Source: Faecalimonas sp. (lineage in GTDB: Bacteria > Bacillota > Clostridia > Lachnospirales > Lachnospiraceae). Taken from it: 64,000 nt of DNA. Positions 30,272 through 39,313 of this stretch are shown here, piece after piece (the first letter of the stretch is position 1; the number at the start of each line of letters is the position of its first letter). The stretch is taken from assembly GCA_029264305.1 (NCBI GenBank), contig JARICA010000021.1, positions 35,866-99,865 of the forward strand, read 5' to 3'. Under the pieces are notes generated by a model that was not told the origin of the DNA, ran no database searches, and saw only the letters and a program-made list of their open reading frames with translations. A program made the translations under genes and the position numbers.

Positions 30272-31414
30272 ATGAAAAAAATAGCAATTTTAGGTTCAAC
30301 GGGTTCGATAGGAACACAAACATTAGAAGTTGTCAGAGAAAATAAAGATATTGAAGTAGTAGGGATGGCAGCTGGGAATAATATTGATTTATTAGAAAAG
30401 CAAATTCGAGAATTTTCTCCAAAAATTGTAGCGGTTTGGTCTGAAGAAAAAGCGAAAGAACTGCGTGTGAAAATTTCAGATTTATCGGTAAAAGTTGTAT
30501 CAGGGATGGATGGATTGATTGAGATAGCGGTTTTACCAGAAACAGAGATTTTGGTGACAGCGATTGTAGGTATGATTGGGATACGTCCAACAATAGCAGC
30601 AATTGAGGCTGGCAAAGATATTGCATTAGCAAATAAAGAAACACTTGTAACAGCTGGACATATTATTATGCCATTGGCAAAAAAACACGGAGTATCTATT
30701 CTTCCTGTAGATAGTGAACATAGTGCTATTTTTCAATCACTTCAAGGGAATGACGGAAAATCTATTCATAAAATTCTCCTAACTGCTTCAGGAGGACCAT
30801 TTAGAGGAAGAAAAAGAGAAGATTTGGAAAATATTCAGGTGGAAGATGCACTTAAACATCCAAATTGGGAAATGGGTAGAAAGATTACTATTGATTCTTC
30901 TACTTTAGTAAATAAAGGATTGGAAGTGATCGAAGCAAAATGGCTATTTGATGTTGAAATGGAACAGATAGAAGTAGTTGTTCAGCCACAAAGTATTATT
31001 CATTCTATGGTAGAATATGTAGATGGAGCTATTATTGCAGAACTGGGAACGCCAGATATGAAATTGCCAATTCAGTATGCGTTATATTATCCAGAAAGAA
31101 GATATTTGCCAGGAGAAAGATTGGATTTCAAACAGTTGTCACAAATTACATTTGAAGAACCCGATATGGAAACATTTTACGGACTCCGCCTTGCATATGA
31201 AGCTGGAAATGTGGGTGGTTCATTACCTACAGTATTTAATGCTGCGAATGAATTAGCTGTTTGCAAATTCTTGAATAGGGAAATCCGTTATTTAGAAATA
31301 CCAGAAATTATTGAAAAATGTATGAGGAATCATAAAAATATTATGAATCCATCTGTTGAAGAAATATTAGAAACAGAACAAGAAGTATATAAGCAGATAG
31401 AAAGCAGGTGGTAA
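30272..31414 (+). CDS. dxr: 1-deoxy-D-xylulose 5-phosphate reductoisomerase
   Basis: LGSTGSIG, LANKETLV, PVDSEH, HPNWEMGRKITIDS. Confidence 0.97.
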   Translation: MKKIAILGSTGSIGTQTLEVVRENKDIEVVGMAAGNNIDLLEKQIREFSPKIVAVWSEEKAKELRVKISDLSVKVVSGMDGLIEIAVLPETEILVTAIVGMIGIRPTIAAIEAGKDIALANKETLVTAGHIIMPLAKKHGVSILPVDSEHSAIFQSLQGNDGKSIHKILLTASGGPFRGRKREDLENIQVEDALKHPNWEMGRKITIDSSTLVNKGLEVIEAKWLFDVEMEQIEVVVQPQSIIHSMVEYVDGAIIAELGTPDMKLPIQYALYYPERRYLPGERLDFKQLSQITFEEPDMETFYGLRLAYEAGNVGGSLPTVFNAANELAVCKFLNREIRYLEIPEIIEKCMRNHKNIMNPSVEEILETEQEVYKQIESRW

Positions 31415-31418
31415 AGGT

Positions 31419-32444
31419 ATGGGAATAATTCTCGCACTATTATTATTTAGTTTTATTGTATTTTTCCATGAACTTGGCCATTTTCTCTTGGCGAGAAAAA
31501 ATGGAGTTTATGTTGAAGAATTTTGTATAGGAATGGGGCCTACCATTGTCAGTAAAAAAGGAAAAGAAACAAAATATTCTATCAAACTACTACCAATAGG
31601 TGGTGCATGTATGATGGGAGAAGATGATGTTGAAAATACAGATGAGAGAAGTTTTAATAATAAATCTGTTTGGGCAAGGATTTCAGTGATTGCAGCTGGT
31701 CCAATTTTTAATTTTATTTTAGCATTTATTTTATCTGTAATTATTGTTGGTTGGGTAGGTTATGATAAGGCAGAGATAGGGAGTGTTATTCCGAATTCAG
31801 CAGCACAGGAAGCTGGATTGCAAAAAGGTGATGTGATAACAGAAATTAATGGAAAAAATATTCATTTATTTAGAGAACTTTCTGTGTACAATCAATTTCA
31901 TCAAGGAGAAAAAACGACTCTTGAATATAGGCGTAATGGAAAGACGTATGAGACTACATTAACTCCAAAAAAGAATGAGCAAGGACAATATTTAATTGGA
32001 GTTACACAAGGAAAATATAAAAAGGCAAATGCCTTTACAGCATTACAATACGGTGTATACGAGGTTAAATATTGGATTGAAACGACATTACAAAGTTTGA
32101 AGATGTTATTTACAGGGAAAATAGGAATGGATCAATTATCTGGTCCGGTAGGTATTGTAGATGTGGTTGGAGATGCTTATGAGGCGAATAAAGCCTATGG
32201 AGCTTCTTCTGTGATTTTTTCTTTAATTAACTTATCAATTTTACTTTCGGCGAATTTAGGAGTGATGAATTTACTTCCTTTGCCAGCATTAGATGGTGGA
32301 AGATTAGTCTTTTTATTTGCAGAGGCGATAAGAGGCAAACGTGTTCCACCAGAAAAGGAAGGTATGGTACATTTTGCTGGTCTAATGCTTCTTTTTGGTT
32401 TGATGATTTTTGTTTTATTTAATGATATTAAGAGGTTGCTATAA
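31419..32444 (+). CDS. rseP: RIP metalloprotease RseP/RasP
   Basis: HELGH, PDZ domain, NLLPLPALDGG. Confidence 0.95.
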   Translation: MGIILALLLFSFIVFFHELGHFLLARKNGVYVEEFCIGMGPTIVSKKGKETKYSIKLLPIGGACMMGEDDVENTDERSFNNKSVWARISVIAAGPIFNFILAFILSVIIVGWVGYDKAEIGSVIPNSAAQEAGLQKGDVITEINGKNIHLFRELSVYNQFHQGEKTTLEYRRNGKTYETTLTPKKNEQGQYLIGVTQGKYKKANAFTALQYGVYEVKYWIETTLQSLKMLFTGKIGMDQLSGPVGIVDVVGDAYEANKAYGASSVIFSLINLSILLSANLGVMNLLPLPALDGGRLVFLFAEAIRGKRVPPEKEGMVHFAGLMLLFGLMIFVLFNDIKRLL

Positions 32445-32449
32445 ATGAT

Positions 32450-32492
32450 AAAAATGCAGAGATATGATAAGAGGTCATATCCCTGCATTTTT
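32450..32492. terminator. Bidirectional terminator between rseP and sleC-like gene
   Basis: AAAAATGCAGAGATATGA-loop-TCATATCCCTGCATTTTT (one mismatch). Confidence 0.8.
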
Positions 32493-33758
32493 TTATGTTA
32501 ATTCAGCTATACGAGATACACCGACATATATTTGGGAGATTTTATACCATGTAGGATAGTCGGTAATTCCTGTACTGGATAAGCCAAAAATAGATTGAAA
32601 TTTTTTGACGGCATTTGTAGTTTCTGGACCGTAGATACCGTCTACATTTATTTTAGGAAGTGCAGGATAAGCATCGGAAATCACATTTAACTGTTCTTGT
32701 AGTTGTCGAACTTTATCACCAGAAGTACCGTTTTCTAAATCATAACCTGGCCATGAAGACGGAATACCGGATATTTCCTGAGCTGTATTTATATAAATAT
32801 TGTCACCATAATAATATCGTAGAATTTCTATAGGGGAATACCCTTGTTCGCCAAGTGATAAAGATCCCCATTGAGTCAACCAATTTGGACAAGTAACTTG
32901 ACGACCATCGCAATATTGTGTAAGAATTGGTTGGCGAACATTCGGACGCGAAAGGTAATTTGCAAAAATATCGTCAACAACACCAGAAATAGTATCATAG
33001 ATGTTTCGATTTGGAATCCATTTATGATCAAAGGCTGTGGAAGAAGTGATTGTAAAATCATACCCTTTATTCCGATACCACTCTGTGTAGACACGATTTA
33101 ATGTAAAAGACATAATAGCAAGTATATTTGCTTGGATAGTAGAAATAGGCCATGTAGCATATATTTCGCTAGAAGCGACATTTTTAATATAATCTCGATA
33201 GCGGACATAGTAATTTTTAGCAGTACTATCTCTTGGAGAGCCGTCATGTACAACGATAAATTCAGGAATTACAACACGACTAAGTACAATTTCTCCTGTT
33301 TCATCTATAGGTTTAATTTCATCTTCAGAAATTTTAGGTGGGTATTCTTCGTAAAGTGTATGCCCTGAAATCACATAAATATCTTGCTTTGGTGTACTTG
33401 TATCCAATGGTTTTAAAGCAACATTTTGTATGGCCTTTACTGATGGAAGTAGTTCTGCTCCAGCGATATTCATTGTTTCATATCCAGGAGCGCTAATTTG
33501 AAAAGTGTATTCAGAATAAGGTTGTAATTCTATAGAAGGATTTAAGCTATATTCTAAAGGGGGAGTGTCTAATTCGATTGTCTCGGTTTGGCCAGAGGAA
33601 TCTGTAGTTAATTGTTCCAACTGGTTATTTGGAACACCGGTATAATAAATACTGATTGTTGCATCTGAAATTGGATAGGAAGTAATAGCAGAGGTAATAT
33701 TTAGTTGAAGGGTACCTTTATCGATAGTATCGTTTTGCATTACATGAGAAGAACACAT
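32493..33758 (-). CDS. sleC: Spore cortex-lytic enzyme SleC-like (SpoIID/LytB-type core plus PG-binding domain)
   Basis: VIPEFIVVHDG, YIKNVASSEIYATWP, TSSTAFDH, QWGS; C-terminal VRQLQEQLN...DGIYGPET PG-binding-1 domain. Confidence 0.8.
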   Translation of the reverse strand: MCSSHVMQNDTIDKGTLQLNITSAITSYPISDATISIYYTGVPNNQLEQLTTDSSGQTETIELDTPPLEYSLNPSIELQPYSEYTFQISAPGYETMNIAGAELLPSVKAIQNVALKPLDTSTPKQDIYVISGHTLYEEYPPKISEDEIKPIDETGEIVLSRVVIPEFIVVHDGSPRDSTAKNYYVRYRDYIKNVASSEIYATWPISTIQANILAIMSFTLNRVYTEWYRNKGYDFTITSSTAFDHKWIPNRNIYDTISGVVDDIFANYLSRPNVRQPILTQYCDGRQVTCPNWLTQWGSLSLGEQGYSPIEILRYYYGDNIYINTAQEISGIPSSWPGYDLENGTSGDKVRQLQEQLNVISDAYPALPKINVDGIYGPETTNAVKKFQSIFGLSSTGITDYPTWYKISQIYVGVSRIAELT

Positions 33759-33868
33759 AAATACCTCGTGATATTTTTTACAATATATATATGTTTGAAT
33801 AAAATAAATGTGAATTTACATTTTAAAATAAAATAAAGAAAAAAATAAAAACAAATAAAAGAAAAGTA

Positions 33869-33896
33869 TTGACAATTTAATTTTTGATGATATAAT
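33869..33896 (+). promoter_or_regulatory. Strong sigmaA promoter without an adjacent long ORF
   Basis: TTGACA-16 bp-TATAAT with TG extension. Confidence 0.65.
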
Positions 33897-34087
33897 AACA
33901 GTATACAAAATAAATAAAACAAATAGCAGATATCACTCAACTGATAATCTAATATTTATTTTATTTATGAAAAATATAATCTACGGAAAGGTTATATTCT
34001 TATTAGACATCTAATGATGATATACAATATTGAAATGTCAATTTTAAAAATGTAATAATCAAATTAGAGAGTTAATAAGGGAAAATT

Positions 34088-34120
34088 ATGAAAGGAAGGT
34101 ACAGACCACCAAAAAGGTAA
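34088..34120 (+). other. Candidate micro-ORF MKGRYRPPKR
   Basis: ATG preceded by AAGGGAAAATT; lies between the promoter at 33869 and the hairpin at 34144. Translation unproven. Confidence 0.3.
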
Positions 34121-34143
34121 AACAGAATGATTGAAGTGTTTAA

Positions 34144-34188
34144 GTAAAATGGCTATTGATTAGATAGATTAATTAATAGCCATTTTAC
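34144..34188. terminator. Long hairpin / probable terminator
   Basis: GTAAAATGGCTATT...AATAGCCATTTTAC perfect 14-bp inverted repeat, extendable by GATTA/TAATT. Confidence 0.65.
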
Positions 34189-34189
34189 A

Positions 34190-34218
34190 TTGTGTAAAAA
34201 TAAGTTTTATTTTATACT
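34190..34218 (+). promoter_or_regulatory. Candidate sigmaA promoter of the TCS
   Basis: TTGTGT-17 bp-TATACT. Confidence 0.45.
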
Positions 34219-34258
34219 ATACTTTATATATAATATTCGGCAGAAAAGAGGGAAGAAA

Positions 34259-34930
34259 ATGTATAAATTACTCATTGTAGAGGATGATATGATGATTGCT
34301 AAAATTTTAGAGAACCATTTAGAAAAATGGGGTTATAAGATTAAATGTATTACTGATTTTGAAAAAGTGTATCAAGAATTTTGGGATTTTTCCCCTCATT
34401 TAGTATTGATGGATATTTCATTGCCATTTTTTAATGGCTTTCATTGGTGTGGTGAGATTAGAAAAGTATCAAAGGTACCGATGATTTTTATTTCTTCTGC
34501 TTCGGATAATATGAATATTGTTATGGCGATTAATATGGGTGCGGACGACTTTATTGAAAAACCATTTGATTTAAATGTAATTACGGCTAAAATTCAAGCT
34601 CTTTTAAGAAGAACATATACGTTTCAAGGAAGTGTAAATGTAATAGAACATAAAGGGGTAGTTTTGAATTTGAATGATGCGAGTGTATCCTATGAAGAAA
34701 AGAGGTTAGAATTAACTAAGAATGACTATAAGATTTTACAAATTCTCTTAGAAAAGGTAGGAGAAATAGTTTCTAGGGAAGAAATGATGGTGCATTTATG
34801 GGAAAACGAAGAATTTATAGATGATAATACGTTGACTGTTAATGTAACAAGGCTTCGAAAAAAGATGGAAACAATTGGAATTAAAGGATTCATTGTTACC
34901 AAGAAAGGAATAGGATATATGATTCCATGA
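34259..34930 (+). CDS. OmpR-family response regulator, BceR/GraR-like
   Basis: IVEDD, LMDISLPFFNGFHWC, GADDFIEKPF, DDNTLTVNVTRLRKK. Confidence 0.9.
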   Translation: MYKLLIVEDDMMIAKILENHLEKWGYKIKCITDFEKVYQEFWDFSPHLVLMDISLPFFNGFHWCGEIRKVSKVPMIFISSASDNMNIVMAINMGADDFIEKPFDLNVITAKIQALLRRTYTFQGSVNVIEHKGVVLNLNDASVSYEEKRLELTKNDYKILQILLEKVGEIVSREEMMVHLWENEEFIDDNTLTVNVTRLRKKMETIGIKGFIVTKKGIGYMIP

Positions 34931-35907
34931 TGAAGTTGGTGCTGTCGTATATAAAGGAGAAAAGAAAGAATGTATTGATTTTTTTATTTTGCGCAATGCA
35001 GATAAAAATTTTTGCATTTTTGTATGGATTAAATTCAGCAGATATAAATTATGCTTTATTTATTTGTGGAATAAGCGTTGCTGTAATTGCTGTGATTGAT
35101 TTGATCAAATATATAGAGAAATATAAAAAATTGGCATATTTAAAAAGACAATTGGAATATGAACTAGGTGAATTTCCTGAAGCAAAGGGGCTTTTAGAGA
35201 ATACCTATCAAGAGATGGTTTCAGAATTATATATAAGTCGAAAAAACTTAGTCTCTTCTATGGATATTTCAGCAAAAGAAGCTGAAGAATACTATATGTT
35301 ATGGGCTCATCAGATTAAGACACCGATTTCTGCAATGCATCTATTATTACAATCAGGCGAGGTTGATTGTAAAATACTATCTATAGAATTATTTAAAATA
35401 GAGCAGTATGTGGAAATGGTACTGCATTATTTGCGAGAAAAGCAAATGTCTCAAGATATGGTGTTGAACTACTATTCGCTCTCTGAGGTCATAAAAACTG
35501 CAATTAAAAAATATTCTAAATTATTTATTTTACAAAAAATTAAATTGAACTTTGAATCAATGGAAGTAATTGTTTTGACTGATGAAAAGTGGCTTTTGTT
35601 TGCAGTGGAACAAATTATTTCGAATGCGTTGAAATATACAAAGGCAGGAAGTGTTTCGATTTATATAGATAAAACAAATGAAAATTTACTTGTAATAGAA
35701 GATACAGGAATAGGGATCAGTGCTGAAGACTTGCCGAGGGTAGTTGAAAAAGGGTTTACTGGATATAATGGAAGAAGTAATCATAAATCTACAGGACTGG
35801 GATTATATTTAACAAAAGAAGTATTGAATAAACTAGGACATAGATTGTTGTTAGAGTCACAGGTGGGAAAAGGGACAAAAGTAATAATTGATTTTAACAG
35901 AGAATAA
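34927..35907 (+). CDS. Intramembrane-sensing histidine kinase, BceS-like
   Basis: Two close N-terminal TMs, WAHQIKTP, QIISNALKY, GFTGYNGR, STGLGL. Confidence 0.9.
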   Translation: MMKLVLSYIKEKRKNVLIFLFCAMQIKIFAFLYGLNSADINYALFICGISVAVIAVIDLIKYIEKYKKLAYLKRQLEYELGEFPEAKGLLENTYQEMVSELYISRKNLVSSMDISAKEAEEYYMLWAHQIKTPISAMHLLLQSGEVDCKILSIELFKIEQYVEMVLHYLREKQMSQDMVLNYYSLSEVIKTAIKKYSKLFILQKIKLNFESMEVIVLTDEKWLLFAVEQIISNALKYTKAGSVSIYIDKTNENLLVIEDTGIGISAEDLPRVVEKGFTGYNGRSNHKSTGLGLYLTKEVLNKLGHRLLLESQVGKGTKVIIDFNRE

Positions 35908-35917
35908 AATTTATTTA

Positions 35918-35952
35918 TGACAATTTTGTAAGTTTGAAGGGGGAATTGTAAG
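35918..35952 (+). promoter_or_regulatory. BceR-type binding site upstream of the ABC transporter
   Basis: TGACA-ATTT-TGTAAG (TnACA-N4-TGTAA), a second TTGTAAG 20 bp downstream, and -10 TATAAT at 35985-35990 with no good -35. Confidence 0.7.
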
Positions 35953-36020
35953 CCAAATCTATGGCAATGCAATTCTCCCTTTTTTATAATAAAGAGGAAA
36001 GATTGAAAGGGGGACATAAA

Positions 36021-36788
36021 ATGTCAATTTTAGAAGTGAAAAATGTTAAAAAAGTATATACAACCAGATTTGGAGGAAATACAGTAAAAGCACTTTCTGA
36101 TGTTAGTTTTTCTGTTGAGCCGGGAGAATATGTTGCAATTATGGGAGAGTCTGGTTCAGGAAAGACAACTTTATTGAATATTTTAGCTGCTTTAGATAAA
36201 GCTACAAGTGGAAAAGTATTGTTAAAAGGAAGAGATTTATCCACAATTCGAGAGAGAGAAATGGCGGCATTTAGAAGACAGAATTTAGGATTTGTTTTTC
36301 AAGAGTTTAATTTGTTAGATACTTTTTGTTTGAAAGACAACATATTTTTGCCACTTGTGTTGGCAGGGAAGAAATATGATGAAATGGAAGAACGTCTTTC
36401 TCCAATTGCAAAAAAGCTGGGGATAGAAAGAATTTTAAATAAATATCCCTATGAAGTTTCCGGAGGACAGAAGCAAAGAGTTGCAGTTGCTAGAGCATTA
36501 ATTACAAAACCACAATTGATTCTTGCAGATGAGCCTACAGGAGCATTAGATTCTAAGGCGTCAGATGAATTGCTAAAACTTTTTTCTGAAATTAATCAGG
36601 ACGGACAGACAATTTTAATGGTAACACATAGTATAAAAGCAGCAAGCAATGCAAGGCGTGTTTTATTTATTAAAGATGGGGAGGTTTTCTATCAACTATA
36701 TAGAGGAAATTTATCCAATGAAGAAATGTATCAAAAAATTTCCGATACATTAACAGCTTTAACTACTGGGGGTGAAATGGGTGAATAG
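36021..36788 (+). CDS. BceA-like ABC transporter ATP-binding protein
   Basis: GESGSGKT, VSGGQKQR, ILADEPTGALD, MVTH. Confidence 0.92.
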   Translation: MSILEVKNVKKVYTTRFGGNTVKALSDVSFSVEPGEYVAIMGESGSGKTTLLNILAALDKATSGKVLLKGRDLSTIREREMAAFRRQNLGFVFQEFNLLDTFCLKDNIFLPLVLAGKKYDEMEERLSPIAKKLGIERILNKYPYEVSGGQKQRVAVARALITKPQLILADEPTGALDSKASDELLKLFSEINQDGQTILMVTHSIKAASNARRVLFIKDGEVFYQLYRGNLSNEEMYQKISDTLTALTTGGEMGE

Positions 36789-38766
36789 TGCTGTTTATAG
36801 CAAATTAGCGATAACAAATATAAAAAATAGTAGAAGAATGTATGTTCCTTATATCATTACTTGCATAATTACAGTGATGATGTTTTATATTATTTACGGA
36901 CTAACGAAAAACAAAGGAATTGTGGGGGCTCCTGGAGAACAAGTTTTTCGCGAAATGCTTTCTATGGGAGTGACAATAGTAGGGATTTTTTCAGTTATTT
37001 TTCTTTTTTATACAAATAGTTTTCTAATGAAGCAGAGAAAAAAGGAAATAGGAGTTTATAATATATTAGGACTTGGAAAAACGAATATTGCTAAAATGCT
37101 TATGGTTGAAATGTGTATTATTACGTGTATAAGTCTTTTGGGTGGAATTATAGGAGGAATTTGCTTTGGGAAATTCGCTTTTTTAATTATGCTTAAAATT
37201 CTTCATTTTGATACACATATGAAATTTTCTATCGAACCTAGAGCTATTTTCATTACTATTATTCTATTTTGTATTATTTTTCTTGCATGTTTAATATTTA
37301 ATCTTTTTCAAGTAAAATTGTCAAATCCGATTGAATTACTGCATGGAAGTAACCAAGGGGATAGAGAACCCAAAACTAAAAAAATTATGGCAATTATAGG
37401 TGTTGTTTCATTAGGAGTAGGATATTATTTAGCATTAACTACAGAAAGTGTGATGAATGCACTAGGGGTTTTCTTTATTGCAGTTATTCTTGTTATTATC
37501 GGAACGTATGCTTTATTTACATCTGGAAGTATTGCTTTTTTGAAAATATTACGAAAAAACAAAACATATTACTATAAAACAAAACATTTTACTTCGATCT
37601 CAGGAATGCTCTATCGTATGAAAGAAAATGCAGTAGGACTTGGAAATATTTGTATTTTAAGTACTATGGTATTGATTATGTTATCGTCAACTTTAGCATT
37701 ATATACAGGTTTGGAAGATATATTGCGTATGAGATTTCCAAAACAGTGTATTATTATGGGGGAGCTAACTGAAAATATAGATAAAGAAACAATGGTTAAA
37801 AACATTGATAAAGAAATTGATAGGGTGTTACAAAAATATAATTTGAAAGAAAAAGGGGAAATATCTTATTTTCATACAGAGATAGATGCATCGAAAGAGA
37901 AAAATGTATTTGAAACTAATGTAGATAATATAGGACCAGGGACATTAGATGTTTCAACCTATTGTGAAATTCAATTTATGACATTAGAAAATTTTAATCA
38001 AGTGGAAAAAAGAAATGAAATTCTTGGAGAAAATGAAGTGATTTGTTATGCGACAAAGGGAAAGAAACTTTTGGGGAATGAATTAATAATTAATAATAAA
38101 AGATTTCGTGTAAAAACAATTGAAATGAAAAATATAGATCAAGAAGTGCAAATGATGATTGATGAATATTATTTTGTTTTGCCAAATCAAAAAGCAATTA
38201 TAGATTTGCTTGGAGAGGATAAAAGTGGAGCGAAGGAATCTTATTATAAAAGTCTTGATTTTGAGGGGAATAAAGACAATATAATCAAAGCTTCGGAAGA
38301 GTTGAAAGCAATATTTCCTATGAATGCGAATAATATTCGAGGGGAATTTAGAGAAACCGAAAGGGAAGAATTTTTTTCTTTATATGGTATGTTTCTATTC
38401 TTAGGCTTATTCTTTGGCGGATTATTTCTTATGGCTACAGTGTTAATTATTTACTATAAACAAATCTCAGAGGGTTATAGTGACAAAGCTAGATTTTCTA
38501 TTATGCAGAAAGTTGGCATGAGCAAACAAGAAGTAAAATCGTCAATAAAAAGCCAGGTAATGAGTGTGTTTTATCTTCCACTTGTTTTCGCAGTACTCCA
38601 TGTATTAGTGGCATTTAAGATTATTACAAAATTACTTTCTGCATTTGCGTTAAAGAATGTAAAATTAATAGCGGGAACAACTGTGGTGACAGTCGTTATG
38701 TTTGGGATTTTTTATACAATTGTATTTATGATAACAACAAAAGAATATTATCGTATAGTAAAATAA
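36781..38766 (+). CDS. BceB-like FtsX-family permease
   Basis: Multi-TM permease with a large extracellular loop; QRKKEIGVYNILG, YYKQISEG, KVGM. Start is probably GTG 36781 (alternative 36772). Confidence 0.9.
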   Translation: MNSAVYSKLAITNIKNSRRMYVPYIITCIITVMMFYIIYGLTKNKGIVGAPGEQVFREMLSMGVTIVGIFSVIFLFYTNSFLMKQRKKEIGVYNILGLGKTNIAKMLMVEMCIITCISLLGGIIGGICFGKFAFLIMLKILHFDTHMKFSIEPRAIFITIILFCIIFLACLIFNLFQVKLSNPIELLHGSNQGDREPKTKKIMAIIGVVSLGVGYYLALTTESVMNALGVFFIAVILVIIGTYALFTSGSIAFLKILRKNKTYYYKTKHFTSISGMLYRMKENAVGLGNICILSTMVLIMLSSTLALYTGLEDILRMRFPKQCIIMGELTENIDKETMVKNIDKEIDRVLQKYNLKEKGEISYFHTEIDASKEKNVFETNVDNIGPGTLDVSTYCEIQFMTLENFNQVEKRNEILGENEVICYATKGKKLLGNELIINNKRFRVKTIEMKNIDQEVQMMIDEYYFVLPNQKAIIDLLGEDKSGAKESYYKSLDFEGNKDNIIKASEELKAIFPMNANNIRGEFRETEREEFFSLYGMFLFLGLFFGGLFLMATVLIIYYKQISEGYSDKARFSIMQKVGMSKQEVKSSIKSQVMSVFYLPLVFAVLHVLVAFKIITKLLSAFALKNVKLIAGTTVVTVVMFGIFYTIVFMITTKEYYRIVK

Positions 38767-38809
38767 TAAGAAATTAAATCTATACAAAAGGACGATGTAT
38801 TATATACGC

Positions 38810-38848
38810 ACCTCCTAGTGGTTAGAGTGATAACTGACACTGGGAGGT
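38810..38848. other. Stable hairpin after bceB (terminator on +, or SD-sequestering stem on -)
   Basis: ACCTCCTAGTG/CACTGGGAGGT 11-bp stem plus inner GTTA/TAAC. Confidence 0.55.
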
Positions 38849-39050
38849 CTTTCTTTATAAAGCAATTCTATTTTATAACGTCTAGTCAGACCTGACTTGC
38901 TAGTTCAACAGCCATTGTATTTAAAACATACAATTTAAGTTCTGTAATTCTATTCAAGGATAGAGTTACATTTTTGAAAATTTTCCATATTGATATGCAA
39001 AGATGAATGAAATGCAACATTGCGTTAATACTCAAGATGGAGGATTTGTC

Positions 39051-39209
39051 ATGGAATATTATAACAAAATATTATTAATGAAATTATTAAATCAAAAATT
39101 ACACAACGAAAAAATTATTAATGATAAAACGTATGAAAAAATGCAAATGGAAATCAATCATAAAATTTCAAAAGTGGAATCTTATATAGAAATGGCTAAA
39201 ATTGTATAG
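39051..39209 (+). CDS. Small helical protein (SHOCT-like) upstream of the recombinase
   Basis: ATG after GGAGG; LHNEKIINDKTYEKM resembles the SHOCT LxxxGxIxxxEY pattern. Confidence 0.5.
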   Translation: MEYYNKILLMKLLNQKLHNEKIINDKTYEKMQMEINHKISKVESYIEMAKIV

Positions 39210-39313
39210 TAAGTTTCCATACATTTCCTATATGAAAATGTTGAAAAACAAATCAAAATGTGGCTATAATGAGGTGACGCATATAGCTTTATAAAATACG
39301 AGGAGAAATAAAA

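Noticed and set aside
33967-34014. Small ORF MKNIIYGKVIFLLDI
   Set aside because: No Shine-Dalgarno; such ORFs are common by chance in very AT-rich DNA.
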